A stretch of 64,000 bases of DNA from Octopus vulgaris (lineage: Eukaryota). The stretch lies in NCBI GenBank assembly GCA_951406725.2, contig OX597818.1:81406001-81470000 (forward strand), written 5' to 3'. Shown here in pieces: positions 52,326 through 64,000 of this stretch (position 1 is its first letter; each line of letters begins with the position of its first letter). Position numbers and translations under genes: made by a program. The notes beneath the pieces are model-generated. The model was given only the letters and a program-made list of their open reading frames with translations, was not told the DNA's origin and searched no databases.

Positions 52326-54247
52326 TCTCTGCGTGTTGTGTGTTTGTGCGCGCGCGTGCGTGTGTATACAGAAGAGTTACGTGCAATATTAATTATGAAA
52401 CACCCACCTCTACGCACACATAGCCGTACTCAGGCATAATTTCGTTTCTGAGCCCACTTGTATATTTTTATAAAGACAACAAATAACGCGTACTTGTTCT
52501 AATGTTAAACTGTAAATAAAACGTAAGATCAAGATTAAAAGAGATTGATGTACGATGGTAGTTACTTAAAAGCAATGAATTGAGGTGGATATGTGGTGGA
52601 CGAAGAAAAAGAATAGGTAAATGAAACGGTGCCAAAAATGATGACAGATGGGCAATGACGAAAGGTGATAGGGTGACAAAGGCAGAAAATTAATAAAATA
52701 AAATAAATATATAATTGTATTGCTCAGGTAGAAAAAAAATCCCACCGGAAATAGTATGAATCAAAGCAAGTAGGCGTTACGTGGACGAATGTAGAAAATA
52801 TAGGTGTCAATAGCTTTTCAAAAAGGAGCTTAAAAAACTTAACAAAAAGGGCTGCAGCGTCTCACGGTATATTTTTCTGGTCGTAAACAAATCGTATCTT
52901 GTATATTAACGTCGTTTATAGCATTTTATACTAGTTCGTTCCCAATGTTGTAAGAGTATAACTATTGTCTACTGATAAGGGAAGAGGGTCTATTTCTAGA
53001 AGTACTAGAGTACCAGAATTATTCAATTTACTGAAAAGATTCTATATAAATACATACCGAACATTAAAGCTACGTATGTGAGAGTGGAAAACGTGGAATG
53101 CTATGATATAATCCTGACTTCAGTCTATCACGAAAAATTGATATAGTTTAGGAGTTTCTCAAGCTAGTCTACCATTATGCCGCGGTTCTCTAGAAACACA
53201 TGTATCATAAGACCTTCAACAAAAACCTTGTCAAAGAAATTTATAGCTTACATTAGGGCTCACAACGCTAACAGCAGTGCTGAGAAGAACGACCAAAATT
53301 CAAATCTTGCACGTATTTAAAAGTGAGTAACTCTAATAACTATCTGCTTGTTGGAAATTACTTAATTTAATTCTTAGTTTTCTACTCCAAAATATACTTA
53401 AAACTCTGTAAGATTTCCATATTTGACTAACCAAACATGGTTTCAAAACATATCGCCTACCAACAGAGATATATTCTAAATATCATTCAAAGATGATGTG
53501 CACCTGCATTATCAAGGTACATTTGGTTACTGAAAGGTACAACTGGTAACTGAAAGAGGTGATCGACAACACGTACATTATCACAAACACCTCGCTTAAC
53601 TACGCACAATCATACCGTAATAGTAATTTTACGTCCAGGTCCAGTTACTAGTTATGGAAACCGAACTGACAAAGCTTATCATACAGTAAGCTCTGAAATT
53701 CCAGTAAGCCTGTTTGCGTATATGTATGTGTGTGCCTGTACGAGCACAAATTTAGATGGTTATAGAAACTGTTAGTTCGATACTACATCACAGAATCGAA
53801 ACGACATACTTAAACCTCTTGTAGTGTCTTCTCTAAATGTTTAAAGATGCCCAGATTGACACGGGGGTACCTCATATAAAATTCCTCCTCAATGCTAGGA
53901 AATGTATTGCATTCAGACGAGAACCTGATATAATGATCTATGCGTTGGTAGCCTAACATTTTAGATATGCAGCTTTGTCTCTTGCTCACAAGTAAATCAA
54001 TATTTGGTTGTTATGAACTCCTTCCTGTTATCCAATTAGATGTTGATAAAAACAAGAATCCCTGATGAAGTTGAAGAAGTGCAAGCACACACACACAGGC
54101 ACACACATACACAGACACGCACGCACGCACACACACAGAGGCATACACGTAGATATGCATGCATTTCATATATATATGTATGTGTGTGTGTGCATGCATA
54201 CATATATATATAAATATATATATATGTATGTATATGTATATATGTAT

Positions 54248-54300
<53 letters not shown>

Positions 54301-54304
54301 TATG

Positions 54305-55140
54305 CAGGGTGCAATGGGTAAATAGTCACCGTTTTATATTTTTAATTTCGTGCATGTGCATTGTTTGTTTATGATTTTGTCGACTACACGGTATAGTAGG
54401 GTGGGTTGGTCACCGTCTGTGAAAAAAACAGCACCATGAGGAAATTCACTATGCCAGAAACGGCAGGCTGTACTGCTTGCTATTCGCGCCGGAAACACCA
54501 ATACGAAGAGTCAGAAGCTCCAATACGATGCACCAATACGAACATGTACCGAGAGTGATAAAGATCAAGCATCCAGTCACCATCATGGTGTATGTGAGTG
54601 ATCACTTGTGATGGTGACGTTACGCTTCGATTCTTCTTCCAACACGGCCTCAGACTCAATACAGAAGCCTACATCAAGTGTTTGGAGGAGGTAGTGCTGC
54701 CCTGGATCAAGAGGGTGCCTGCTGGAAGAAACTATGTCTGGCAACAGGACTCTGCCCCATGCCACACAAGCAGGAGAACACAGTCATGATTGTCAAACAA
54801 TTTCTGCGACATGATCACCCCTAAGATCTGGTTACCTAACTCCTCACATTGCAACCTCCTTGATTATAATGTGTGGGGCGGAGTTGAGTGAGGGACCAAC
54901 AAAACTCCTTGTTACACCAAAGATGAAATGAAGGCAAGGATAATGGCAGCATTCACCAACATAAACAAGGAGACCGTACAGAATAGGTGTAGGAGATTCT
55001 GAAGTCGTCTGCAGACCGTGATTGAAGCCAATGATTATTTTATCGAATAAATTTACTCTTTAGTATTTCAAGATATTTTTTATGTGATTTTGGTAAATAG
55101 ATCTATTAAAATGAGTTGTTACTGTTATTTTCCTTTTGGC
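54305..55140 (+). mobile_element. Internally deleted maT/DD37D-type Tc1/mariner element
   Basis: Left TIR CAGGGTGCAATGGGTAAA; HGLRLNTEAYIKCLEEVVLPW..YVWQQDSAPCH..ITPKIWLPNS..CNLLDYNVWG. Confidence 0.8.
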
Positions 55141-55158
55141 GTAATTTAGTTGACAGTT

Positions 55159-55233
<75 letters not shown>

Positions 55234-55944
55234 ATGTGTGTGTGTGTGTGTGTCTGTGTGTGTGTATACATATATTTATACACTTATATATATACACTCA
55301 CACACGAATAATTCAATGTAAGATTCATTTGAGTCAAGGTATTTTAACATTCAGTACACTAGGAAAGAGCCAAGTGCCGCACATACATACTCATTCGTAC
55401 GTACAATGTGAATACGAACTTATCCATACGTTAACATATATATACATGCATACATATGCATACATATATACCCATGGAAATATATACCCATGCATACGCG
55501 CACGTTAGTTCACTATCCAATGCAAGTTCCAGAGCCAACGTAGGGAATTCTCCGAGTATGGTATTTGCATAGAATAAGAACAGAAATAGGTTAAAACTTC
55601 ACTACAGCTTTTTCAGACGCGTTTCTGTTGATGGATAGTTCAACTGCATCAGAAAAAACCGTTTTCTATAAATGACTAAAAATTAGTTCGGAGAGCTAAA
55701 AATATTACAAGATGTGGATTGACTCTTTCAACTAGGCACAATTAAAGCGAGTGGAAGTATACCTAGGGCTAGCTAGATTTAACCGTTTATGAGGTCCGAG
55801 GTCGATGGATCATAAAGCAATCATAGGACAGTGCTGCAACAGTTCTATTTCTTTAAATAGGACTAGATAGAAAACTAGACATGAATAGATGAAAAGAAGA
55901 CAGAGAAAAAATAGGGAGGAGAGAAAAAGAGCAGATGGAATAAG

Positions 55945-56480
55945 TGTTCTTTCCTACTCTAGGCACATGGCCGGAAATTTTTGGAGAGGAGGCTAGTCGA
56001 TTAGATCGACCCCAGTACGCAACTGGTACTTAATTTATCGACACCGAAAGGGTGAAAGGCAAAATCGACCTCGGCGGAATTTGAACTCAGAACATAAATA
56101 CAGATGAAATACCTATTTCTTTACTACCAACAAGGGGACAAACAAGGACAGCAAGGACAGACAAACAGACAAACAAGGACAGCAAGGACAGACAAACGGA
56201 TGAAGTCGATTACATCGACCCCAGTGCATAACTGGTACTTAATTTATCGACCCCGAAAGGGTGAAGAGCAAAAGTCGACCTCGGCGGAATTTGAACTCAG
56301 AACGTAACAGCAGACGAAATGCCGCTAAGCATTTCGGCCGGCGTGCTAACGTTTCTGCCAGCTCGCTGTCTTGAAATATTCTTTTCTACTCTAGGCACAA
56401 AGCCCCAAATTTTGTGGGTGAGACTAGTCGATTAGATCGACCTCAGTACGCAACTGGTACTTAATTTATCGACCTCGAGA
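55945..56480 (-). mobile_element. Composite SINE family B array flanked by a 10-bp direct repeat
   Basis: ATGGAATAAG at 55935-55944 and 56481-56490; contains a truncated unit, a full SINE and an extra body unit. Confidence 0.8.
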
Positions 56481-56991
56481 ATGGAATAAGAATTAACAGC
56501 ATAGTAAGATCATTTTTACAGCATTGATTTTGTTACGATATTTCGTATCTATGACGTCACATGTAAACACACAATAAGATCGAAGACGAAAAGTGGGTAA
56601 CTGTCGTATATGCTATATATCGGGAATTTTTGCTCCTTCATCAGCAGCCGTCAGCACCCATCAGCACCCATTAGTCATTCACGAACTCATGGCTTAAATA
56701 GTTAATAAATTTAGCAGTGTAACGTTATTGCATGTATACAAATTTACATATTAAACGCATTTCTGCAAGCAGGTACGTAAATGCTAATAAACCTGTTGGG
56801 ACACGGTACTTCGTCATGCAATCATAATATACTACAAAGTATAGTAAATGCTTTCATAAGTCAATAACGTGTACTACAGCGTTAGATGTGCTCATAAATC
56901 ACGTGGAATACCTTTACACGTGATTTAAGAGCACTGCTAACGAGTCATTAACAGCATAGTACTGTCAAATACGATGTTCTGGCAACAGAAT

Positions 56992-57086
<95 letters not shown>

Positions 57087-57113
57087 CTGCTGCTTCTGCT
57101 GCTTCTGCTGCTG

Positions 57114-57187
<74 letters not shown>

Positions 57188-57191
57188 TCTG

Positions 57192-57258
<67 letters not shown>
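56992..57258. repeat. Compound (CTA)n/(CTG)n microsatellite
   Basis: Alternating CTA and CTG/CTT blocks. Confidence 0.95.
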
Positions 57259-57260
<2 letters not shown>

Positions 57261-57547
57261 CACAATCCTAGAAATGAGTACGTACATGATAACGCATGTA
57301 CAATCATAATACAATCATACAAGACACACATGCATATTTATAAATTCACGCATGTAAGCATAGACATATATACGTAAGTACATGAACGCACGTACACACA
57401 CACACGCACACACGCACAAATATAGATACACACATAGAACATAGACACACACACACATACACAACTATGTATATACATAAGCGCTCACATACACGAATAA
57501 ACACATTATATATGGACAAGAATCATATACAGTATATATATATATAT

Positions 57548-57945
57548 ATGGCTGTGTGGTAAGTAGCTTGTCTACCAACCACATGGTTCCGGGTCCAGTC
57601 CCACTGCGTGGCATCTTGGGCAAGTGTCTTCTGCTATAGCCCCGGGCCGACCAATGCCTTGTGAGTGGATTTGGTAGACGGAAACTGAAAGAAGCCTGTC
57701 GTATATATGTATATATATATATATGTATGTGTGTGTGTTTGTGTGTGTGTTTGTCCCCCTAGCATTGCTTGACAACCGATGCTGGTGTGTTTACGTCCCC
57801 GTCACTTAGCGGTTCGGCAAAAAGAGACCGATAGAATAAGTACTGGGCTTACAAAGAATAAGTCCCGGGGTCGATTTGCTCGACTAAAGGCGGTGCTCCA
57901 GCATGGCCGCAGTCAAATGACTGAAACAAGTAAAAAGAAAAAAGA
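57548..57945 (+). mobile_element. SINE family A, intact reference copy
   Basis: tRNA-like head TGGCTGTGTGG...GGGTCCAGTCCC, internal (TA)/(TG) microsatellite at 57702-57752, 3' stem-loop CAGTC-AAAT-GACTG and A-rich tail. Confidence 0.9.
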
Positions 57946-58060
57946 AAAAAATATATGTACAGCATACACTTGAACATATATCAATATACATATATTCATA
58001 TACACACACACACATATATAAGCATCTACATGTATATATACATCCATACACACTTACATA

Positions 58061-59200
58061 CAGGGGTTGGACAAAATAATGGAACCAGCTAGCATGATAG
58101 CATCATAATTTTGAAATATCTACAAAACCGTCAAAAGCTTATTTATTTTTATGTTTTTTGACTTATTATTAGTGTTGCTTAATATGTTTTGCTAAAATTG
58201 CTGCTTCTTTTCAGGTATCATCAGAAGAAGGTAATTAAAATGCATTAAAATAACAGATCTATCGGACTTCAAAGAGTTCAAATTGTTGGTGTTCATATGG
58301 CAGGCGCTAGTGAAAACAGTCGAAATATTTGATGTATCAAGAAGTACTGTCTTGAAAGTAATTACAGCGTTTGAGAAAGAGGCAAAAATCACCTCGTTGA
58401 AACAAAAACTCCGGAAGCAAACCAACACTTTTAGATAGGGACCGTCGGACTCTTACGCGAATTGTTAGAAAGGATCAAAAAAGTATAGTTCCCAAAATTA
58501 CTGCAGAGCTTAATAACCACCTCGAGAACCCAGTTTCCACTAAAACGGTTCGCCGGGAGCTGCACAAAGTCGGATTTCACGGGATGGCTGCAATCAGAAA
58601 ACCACTACTTTCAAAAACAAATGTTGCAAAGCGTTTAGTGTGGAGTAAAAACCTACAGAATGGTCCCTAGAACAGTGGAAGAATGTTACTTTCTCGGACG
58701 AGTCATCCTTTACCTTAATTCCGACTACCGGACCAGTATACGTGTGGAGATAGCCAAAAGAAGCTTTTGACCCAGACTGCCTTCTTCCAACTGTTAAACA
58801 TGGAGGAAGATCGCGGGGGCTATATCTTGGAAATCCCCCAGCCCAATGGTTTCTCTTCATGGCAGGATTAATAGTCATCACTAAGCATTTTAGCTGATAA
58901 AATATATTCTATTGCTGCGGAACTCTTTCCAGAGGGAAACGCAATCTTTCAGGATGATAATGCACCAATTCACACAGCTGAAGTTGTTACTGGCACAAGG
59001 ACATTCTAGGGAAGTTGAACATATCATCTGGTCACCACAATCCCAAGATCACAATATTATTGAACATTTATGGTGCATTGTAGAAAAGCAAGTAACGAGT
59101 CGATATCCTCCACTAGAATGACTACAAGAACTGGAGACATTGTTAGCTGAAGAATGGACAAAAATTCCTTTTGGAAAGAATTCAAACGCTGTACAAATCC
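58061..59200 (+). mobile_element. Tc1-type (DD34E) transposon, decayed; no right TIR found
   Basis: TA|CAGGGGTTGGACAAAATAATGGAA; TDLSDF..QIVG..MAGAS, VTFSDESSF, FQDDNAPIH, WSPQSQDHNIIEHLW. Confidence 0.85.
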
Positions 59201-59821
59201 TACGATATAAAAGAAATAGGCATAATAATATTTTGGAGCAAGTTGTCTAATAAATGAGGCTGAGTGGGCAGATAGAAATACGCAGAATATCTTCTGAAAC
59301 AATCAGTATGATTTTACAAGGGGTTAGGTTTTAAATTATTTAGAAGGTAGAAATGAACCAATTTCTTTTATTGCAGACATGTCTGTGTGGTAAGACGTTC
59401 GCACTGCATGGAAGCTTGTGCTGGTGTCTTCTAAAATTGGGGCCGATCAATACCTTATGAGCTGATTTGGTAAATGTAAACTGAAATAAGCCGGTCGTAT
59501 ATACAATATTTGAATATTGAACAATCCGTTTGTACGTCAACGGATCGATTTCTGAATCACATCCTACTTTAAAAACATAGTAATTTTTTTTATAACAGCG
59601 GCCAGAATGGATATAATTGGCGATGCAGCTCCTTAAAATCTAATTTGAAACCGGTCAAGCGTTGTCCCATATTTAGATATATAGTCAATATTTAATTATA
59701 TATTAATATATAATTAATATATAATTAAATTCTAATTCTTTCTAATATATTCGCTGTGCCTTTTCAGTTTTGTAGTTCTCTTCCTCCACTTGTTTGGATT
59801 ATTAAGAATTTATATATATAT

Positions 59822-59942
59822 ACTAGCAGTAAAACCCGGCTTTTCCCGGGATTAAGTTAGGATCATTAAGCTAATCAAGTTCTTTATTTCAAACCAAACT
59901 AAGATCGACGTCAAATTTGGGCGAAATCCGTTGAAATTGGTT
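59822..59942 (-). mobile_element. Short non-autonomous Helitron (3' end)
   Basis: Minus strand ends with hairpin CCCGG-GAAAAG-CCGGG, 8 nt, then CTAG|T; sits between TA runs. Confidence 0.65.
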
Positions 59943-59952
59943 TATATATATA

Positions 59953-60012
<60 letters not shown>

Positions 60013-60518
60013 GGCGGTGCCCCAGCATGGCCACAGCTCGTGAGCTGAAACTATATAAAATAAAGAAAAAAAAAAAAAAAATATATATATAGCAACACAC
60101 ACGCACACTCACACATACACACGCGTACTTACGTACACCTATTGCATACATGTTTTTGTATGCATAGATGTTCGTGTGTGTGTGTGTTGCAGGGGTATCA
60201 ACAAAACACTTTTTCCTCGATGGAAAAAAGAAAACAAAAGTCTTAACAAAAACCTACTCGTCGCTAGAAGGGAACTTAACACCTGTTTGCAAAAAGTGGC
60301 GATTTCTCCGACTTGAAAATTGTTAAAAGTTTTGGTTGAAAATTTATTTTTACAGGTATTCGCTGGTGCCTGTGGGAAAAATAAGTTGACGATAATACAG
60401 CTAGGGTCATGACAAATGTCCTAAAATTGGAGCGACATGCGTGCTAATTTGTGGACGAGCATAAATTACATTCACGTACACACACACACATATCCTGCCT
60501 TTTATATATACAGACATA

Positions 60519-60575
<57 letters not shown>

Positions 60576-60584
60576 TTGTGTGTG

Positions 60585-60790
60585 TATTTGTTCACCACCA
60601 CCGATTGACAATCGGTGTTGGTGTGTTTATGTTATTGTAACTTACTGCTTCCAGTAAAGCGACTAATAGAATAAGTACCATCCTTTTAAGAATTGAGTAC
60701 TGGAGTCAACTCATTCGACTAAAATTCTTGAAGTCGGTGCCCCAGTACGGCCGCAGTCTGAGGACTGAAACAAGTAAAAGATAGAAAATA
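60585..60790 (+). mobile_element. SINE family A, 3' half
   Basis: TTGACAA.CGGTGTTGGTGTGTTTA...ATAGAATAAGTAC...CCAG.A.GGCCGCAGTC...GACTGAAACAAGTAAAAGA. Confidence 0.75.
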
Positions 60791-61395
60791 AAGGATATTG
60801 CATATACATATGTATGTATGTTTGTCTGTGTGCCTGTATGTATATGAGTATGTATATTTTCGTGTGTGTGTGTGTGTGTGTGAGTATGTGTAGGTAGGTA
60901 CATACAAACAAACTTTAACATGTTTGAGACACATTTTGAACGTATAAAATATTTTCACTGTAGTTTACAATGGTGAAAAGATTTCACTGCCGAGGAAAGC
61001 GTGTTAGAACAGTATGCTCTGTACGCTCAGTATACTCTGTACGGATTATTCTTTAGCTCTCCTCAGTACCAAAACATAAAGGGAGGAAACGCTGAGCTGA
61101 TTAGAAAGCTTTACTTTCTTTATTACAAGCTATTAAATGGAATACAGTAATTACATATTGAACACTGTACCACAGATCATTAGATAGAATACAGTAATGT
61201 AAGCATCCAGGCCGGAACAAATATGCGGGTACGTTCACGTTTGTTCATTTCTCGTCACTGTATTCCTACATCGGGACCAACTTCGTGGAAGCATGAAGGC
61301 ACGCTGCTAGCTCCTCTAAATAATGGAAATCTTAACTGTCATTGTGATTGTGTCTCACAAAACCATTGTTTATATATATATATATATATATATAT

Positions 61396-61564
61396 AATTG
61401 CAGCGTGGAAGGTGTTTGTAAGCCATTTAAGAAACACACAAAAGCCCTTCGATTCACTTCAACATTTAAGTTTAATTTGACAAAATATTTTCGTCGCTTT
61501 AAGACCGTGACCTGTTCACTGTGTGTTTCTTAAATGGCTTATAAACACCTTCCACGCTGCAATT
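61396..61564 (-). mobile_element. Small foldback HHR element in (TA)n
   Basis: 45-bp inverted arms at 61396-61440 and 61520-61564; HHR-like ACA-GUGAACA-G-GUCAC..GCGAC-GAAA-AUAU-UU-UGU at 61479-61522. Confidence 0.7.
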
Positions 61565-61608
<44 letters not shown>

Positions 61609-61613
61609 TAAAT

Positions 61614-61886
61614 CAGGGCTGGCCAGCCTGAGCGTCGCGTGCCGCATGCGGCCCGCTCCATATTTTCTTGAAGTATTATGTTTAATTTCAAAATAACATT
61701 GAAATTTATAAGTGGTAAAAAAGGAATGACCTACAATTTTATGATTTTAAACAAATGAAAAGTTTGAAAAATTCTTGATTCTGTAATTTGATTATTTGAC
61801 TATTAATTCATAACGTATACAAGGGGCCGTCAAAACCTTTCTGTGATTAAAGTGGCCCGCAATGTACTTCGAGTTGTCCAGGCCTG
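61614..61886. mobile_element. hAT (Charlie-like) MITE
   Basis: TIR CAGGGCTGGCCAGC / GTTGTCCAGGCCTG; 8-bp TSD TTCTAAAT / TTCCAAAT; subterminal GCGGCCCGC motifs. Confidence 0.8.
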
Positions 61887-62035
61887 TTCCAAATAATTAA
61901 CACGGAAGATAGAGTGTAATGGAAGCTTCCAGTACACTGAAACGTGCTCTTCAGGTACACTACAAGGGACATTCTCATAAGGTTTGCATACTTTAACTTA
62001 AAGTCTCCTACTTATACTTTAATTTCAAATACAAG

Positions 62036-62076
<41 letters not shown>

Positions 62077-62079
<3 letters not shown>

Positions 62080-62262
62080 AGAATTCACAAACAAAAAACA
62101 AAAGACGAAGACAGGTGGTGTTGACAACATACAGATGTATTAGTATAACGCTCGGGAAGTGAGTCTTTAACGTTTCGAACCTACGTTCTTCCACAGAAAG
62201 GAACACAGAAGGAAACAAGAAGAGGAAAAAAGAATGTGTAGTGGCTACCGATCTATCTTGGC

Positions 62263-62265
<3 letters not shown>
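62077..62265 (-). mobile_element. ~190-bp HHR element between (TA)n tracts
   Basis: CUUU-CUGUGGA-A-GAAC[GUAG]GUUC-GAAA-C-GUU-AAAG at 62165-62200. Confidence 0.8.
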
Positions 62266-62299
<34 letters not shown>

Positions 62300-62305
<6 letters not shown>

Positions 62306-62757
62306 ATTTACAAGATAAGGGCAGAAGAAAAATTCTAATGCCAGATACGCCGAAACAAAAAAATTGTCGATAACCATTAAATATATGCGTCTCGAAATAA
62401 ACCGATAGAAATCTCTAAAAATTCGTTATTACCGTATTGGTCCAATTTCGGGGTTAATTCACAAGAAATTTTCCCCTCTTCAGCGGCACATACGCGAGAT
62501 ATAAATGAAATACTTATTCATACCCACGGAAGAAGCAAGCACCAAGTCCCGAGCAGACTTTTTAGAGATTTCTATCGGTTTATTTCGGGACGCATAAATT
62601 TAATGGTTATCGACATTTTTTTTTGTTTCGGCGTATCTGGCATTAGAATTTTTCTTCTGCACTTATCTTGTAAATTATGTATAAATTTTACCTTTAAAGG
62701 CATTTTTTGATATGCTGGCAATTGATAAAAATTTTTTCCCGAAAAAAGTTTTATCCT

Positions 62758-62770
<13 letters not shown>
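62300..62770 (-). mobile_element. Foldback HHR element in (TA)n
   Basis: ~120-bp inverted arms at 62303-62421 and 62558-62678 enclose the HHR at 62431-62487. Confidence 0.85.
62431..62487 (-). ncRNA. Type-I hammerhead ribozyme, canonical core
   Basis: GCCG-CUGAAGA-GGGG..CCCC-GAAA-UUGG[A]CCAA-UA-CGGU. Confidence 0.8.
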
Positions 62771-62790
<20 letters not shown>

Positions 62791-63484
62791 GTTCCCCGTG
62801 TGTGTATTAAGTTATTCTGACCTTACAACTAGCTACCCGTTTTCCTCCCATGGGAGCGCATTATAAGCAGTGTTCTGAGTATTCAAAGAAACTGATTCAC
62901 AATATTTATAGTAATATCAGTCATATTGAAACACTACAAATATAAATAAAAACGATATGATACCGTTGGAAGGAATATTAAATACTATAATAAATAAGAT
63001 AAGAGCAAACAGTGTCAGTCATATTGACTATATTTAGATTGTGATATATTGATTTGCCCGAGAAGAAAAGCTATAGTTATCAAGACAACTATAGAATTGG
63101 ATGGAATGAGAGTCAAATGTCATGTAAAATGTCTTAGAGTTAATATTGTTTGAATATTTTTTATGGTTCTAATGTCAGCCACAGTATTTGCGGAATGTAT
63201 TTTCAAATACATTTTGTAAACGATGAACAAACTTAAATTTTTTCCCAAAGATAAAATAGTCCCTAATAACAAGGAACATCATCCTGTACATAGCCAATTA
63301 GATTATGTCAAGTTACATATACGTATATGTGTGTGGGTATTTATGCGTATATGTGTATATACTTATACTCTTGATATCTTTCTGTCGAACTGCTAAGCTA
63401 CAGCGACATAACCACACCAACAGCGGTTGTCAAACAGTGGTGGGAGACACATGCACACACACACACACACACACTCACACACTC

Positions 63485-63525
<41 letters not shown>

Positions 63526-63551
63526 ATAGATCTCTAGCCGCTACATAATCT

Positions 63552-63712
63552 TTATTTTCTCTCCTTGTTTGTTTCTGTGTTCCTTGATGTGGAAGAAGTT
63601 AGGCTCGAAACGTTAAAGACGTTTTTTTCCCGAGCGTTAAACTAATACATCTGTTTGTTGTCTACACCACCTGTTTTCGTCTTTTGTATTTTCTTGGTGA
63701 ATTCTCACTATA
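63552..63712 (+). mobile_element. ~190-bp HHR element, decayed, next to a SINE A fragment
   Basis: TTTCTCTCCTTGTTT...GGCTCGAAACGTTAAAGAC...CTAATACATCTGTTTG matches the family. Confidence 0.75.
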
Positions 63713-63733
63713 GATATATAAAATATTGATCAA

Positions 63734-63884
63734 AGAACAAACATCAAATTCGAGTCAACGATTCTATATAACACCGCGCTTCCATACATTTGATCATATA
63801 TAAACACTACCATGGTCTTCAACATATTAAACGAATACATATACCTTTATACAAAGTCGTTGACACGAATTTGATGTTTGTTCT
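63734..63884. repeat. Inverted repeat, ~38-bp arms (MITE-like)
   Basis: AGAACAAACATCAAATTCGAGTCAACGA versus TCGTTGACACGAATTTGATGTTTGTTCT. Confidence 0.7.
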
Positions 63885-64000
63885 CTAGTCATTATTTTTT
63901 GTCTGCCTTCATTTCATTTGAGCACTTCTTTTTTGCAGTCCTATAGACCCTTTTGTCTCCATAAAAAAGTACAAAAATTATTTCATGTTGTATATATATA

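Noticed and set aside
52940-53700. Decayed Penelope RT (TDKGRG word near 52970)
   Set aside because: Only one short motif, with no collinear RT motifs recoverable by eye; it needs a tBLASTn/HMM search.
57895-57940. SINE A tail AGTC-AAAT-GACT-GAAA-CAAG-TA as a hammerhead
   Set aside because: There is no CUGANGA-like 5' core or stem I in any copy; it is better explained as a LINE-type 3' stem-loop.

Overview
AT-rich, microsatellite-saturated eukaryotic (metazoan) non-coding DNA. The SINE, microsatellite and transposon make-up suggests a coleoid cephalopod, probably Octopus; this is an inference from repeat style. No host protein-coding exon can be supported, and nearly all ORF-track entries are microsatellite translations. 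The recognisable content is mobile DNA: (i) Tc1/mariner elements (two full-length ~1.25-kb mariners, two maT/DD37D-type, two Tc1-type, plus MITEs); (ii) Penelope-like retroelements (PLEs: one 5'-truncated Neptune-type RT/GIY-YIG ORF, two Naiad-type remnants); (iii) RTE and R4-type LINE scraps; (iv) hAT and Helitron MITEs; (v) several tRNA-derived SINE families. The main hidden signal is about 14-15 minimal type-I hammerhead-ribozyme (HHR) motifs, folded by eye, in several unrelated short non-coding elements. Most of these elements end in (TA)n. Several sit inside the internal microsatellite of one SINE family, and several are folded back by inverted repeats. One is fused to a Pol III tRNA head. 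Core positions 3-8 covary (C-G, U-A, G-C). Together this looks like a microsatellite-targeting network of PLE pseudo-LTRs and non-autonomous, ribozyme-bearing retroelements.
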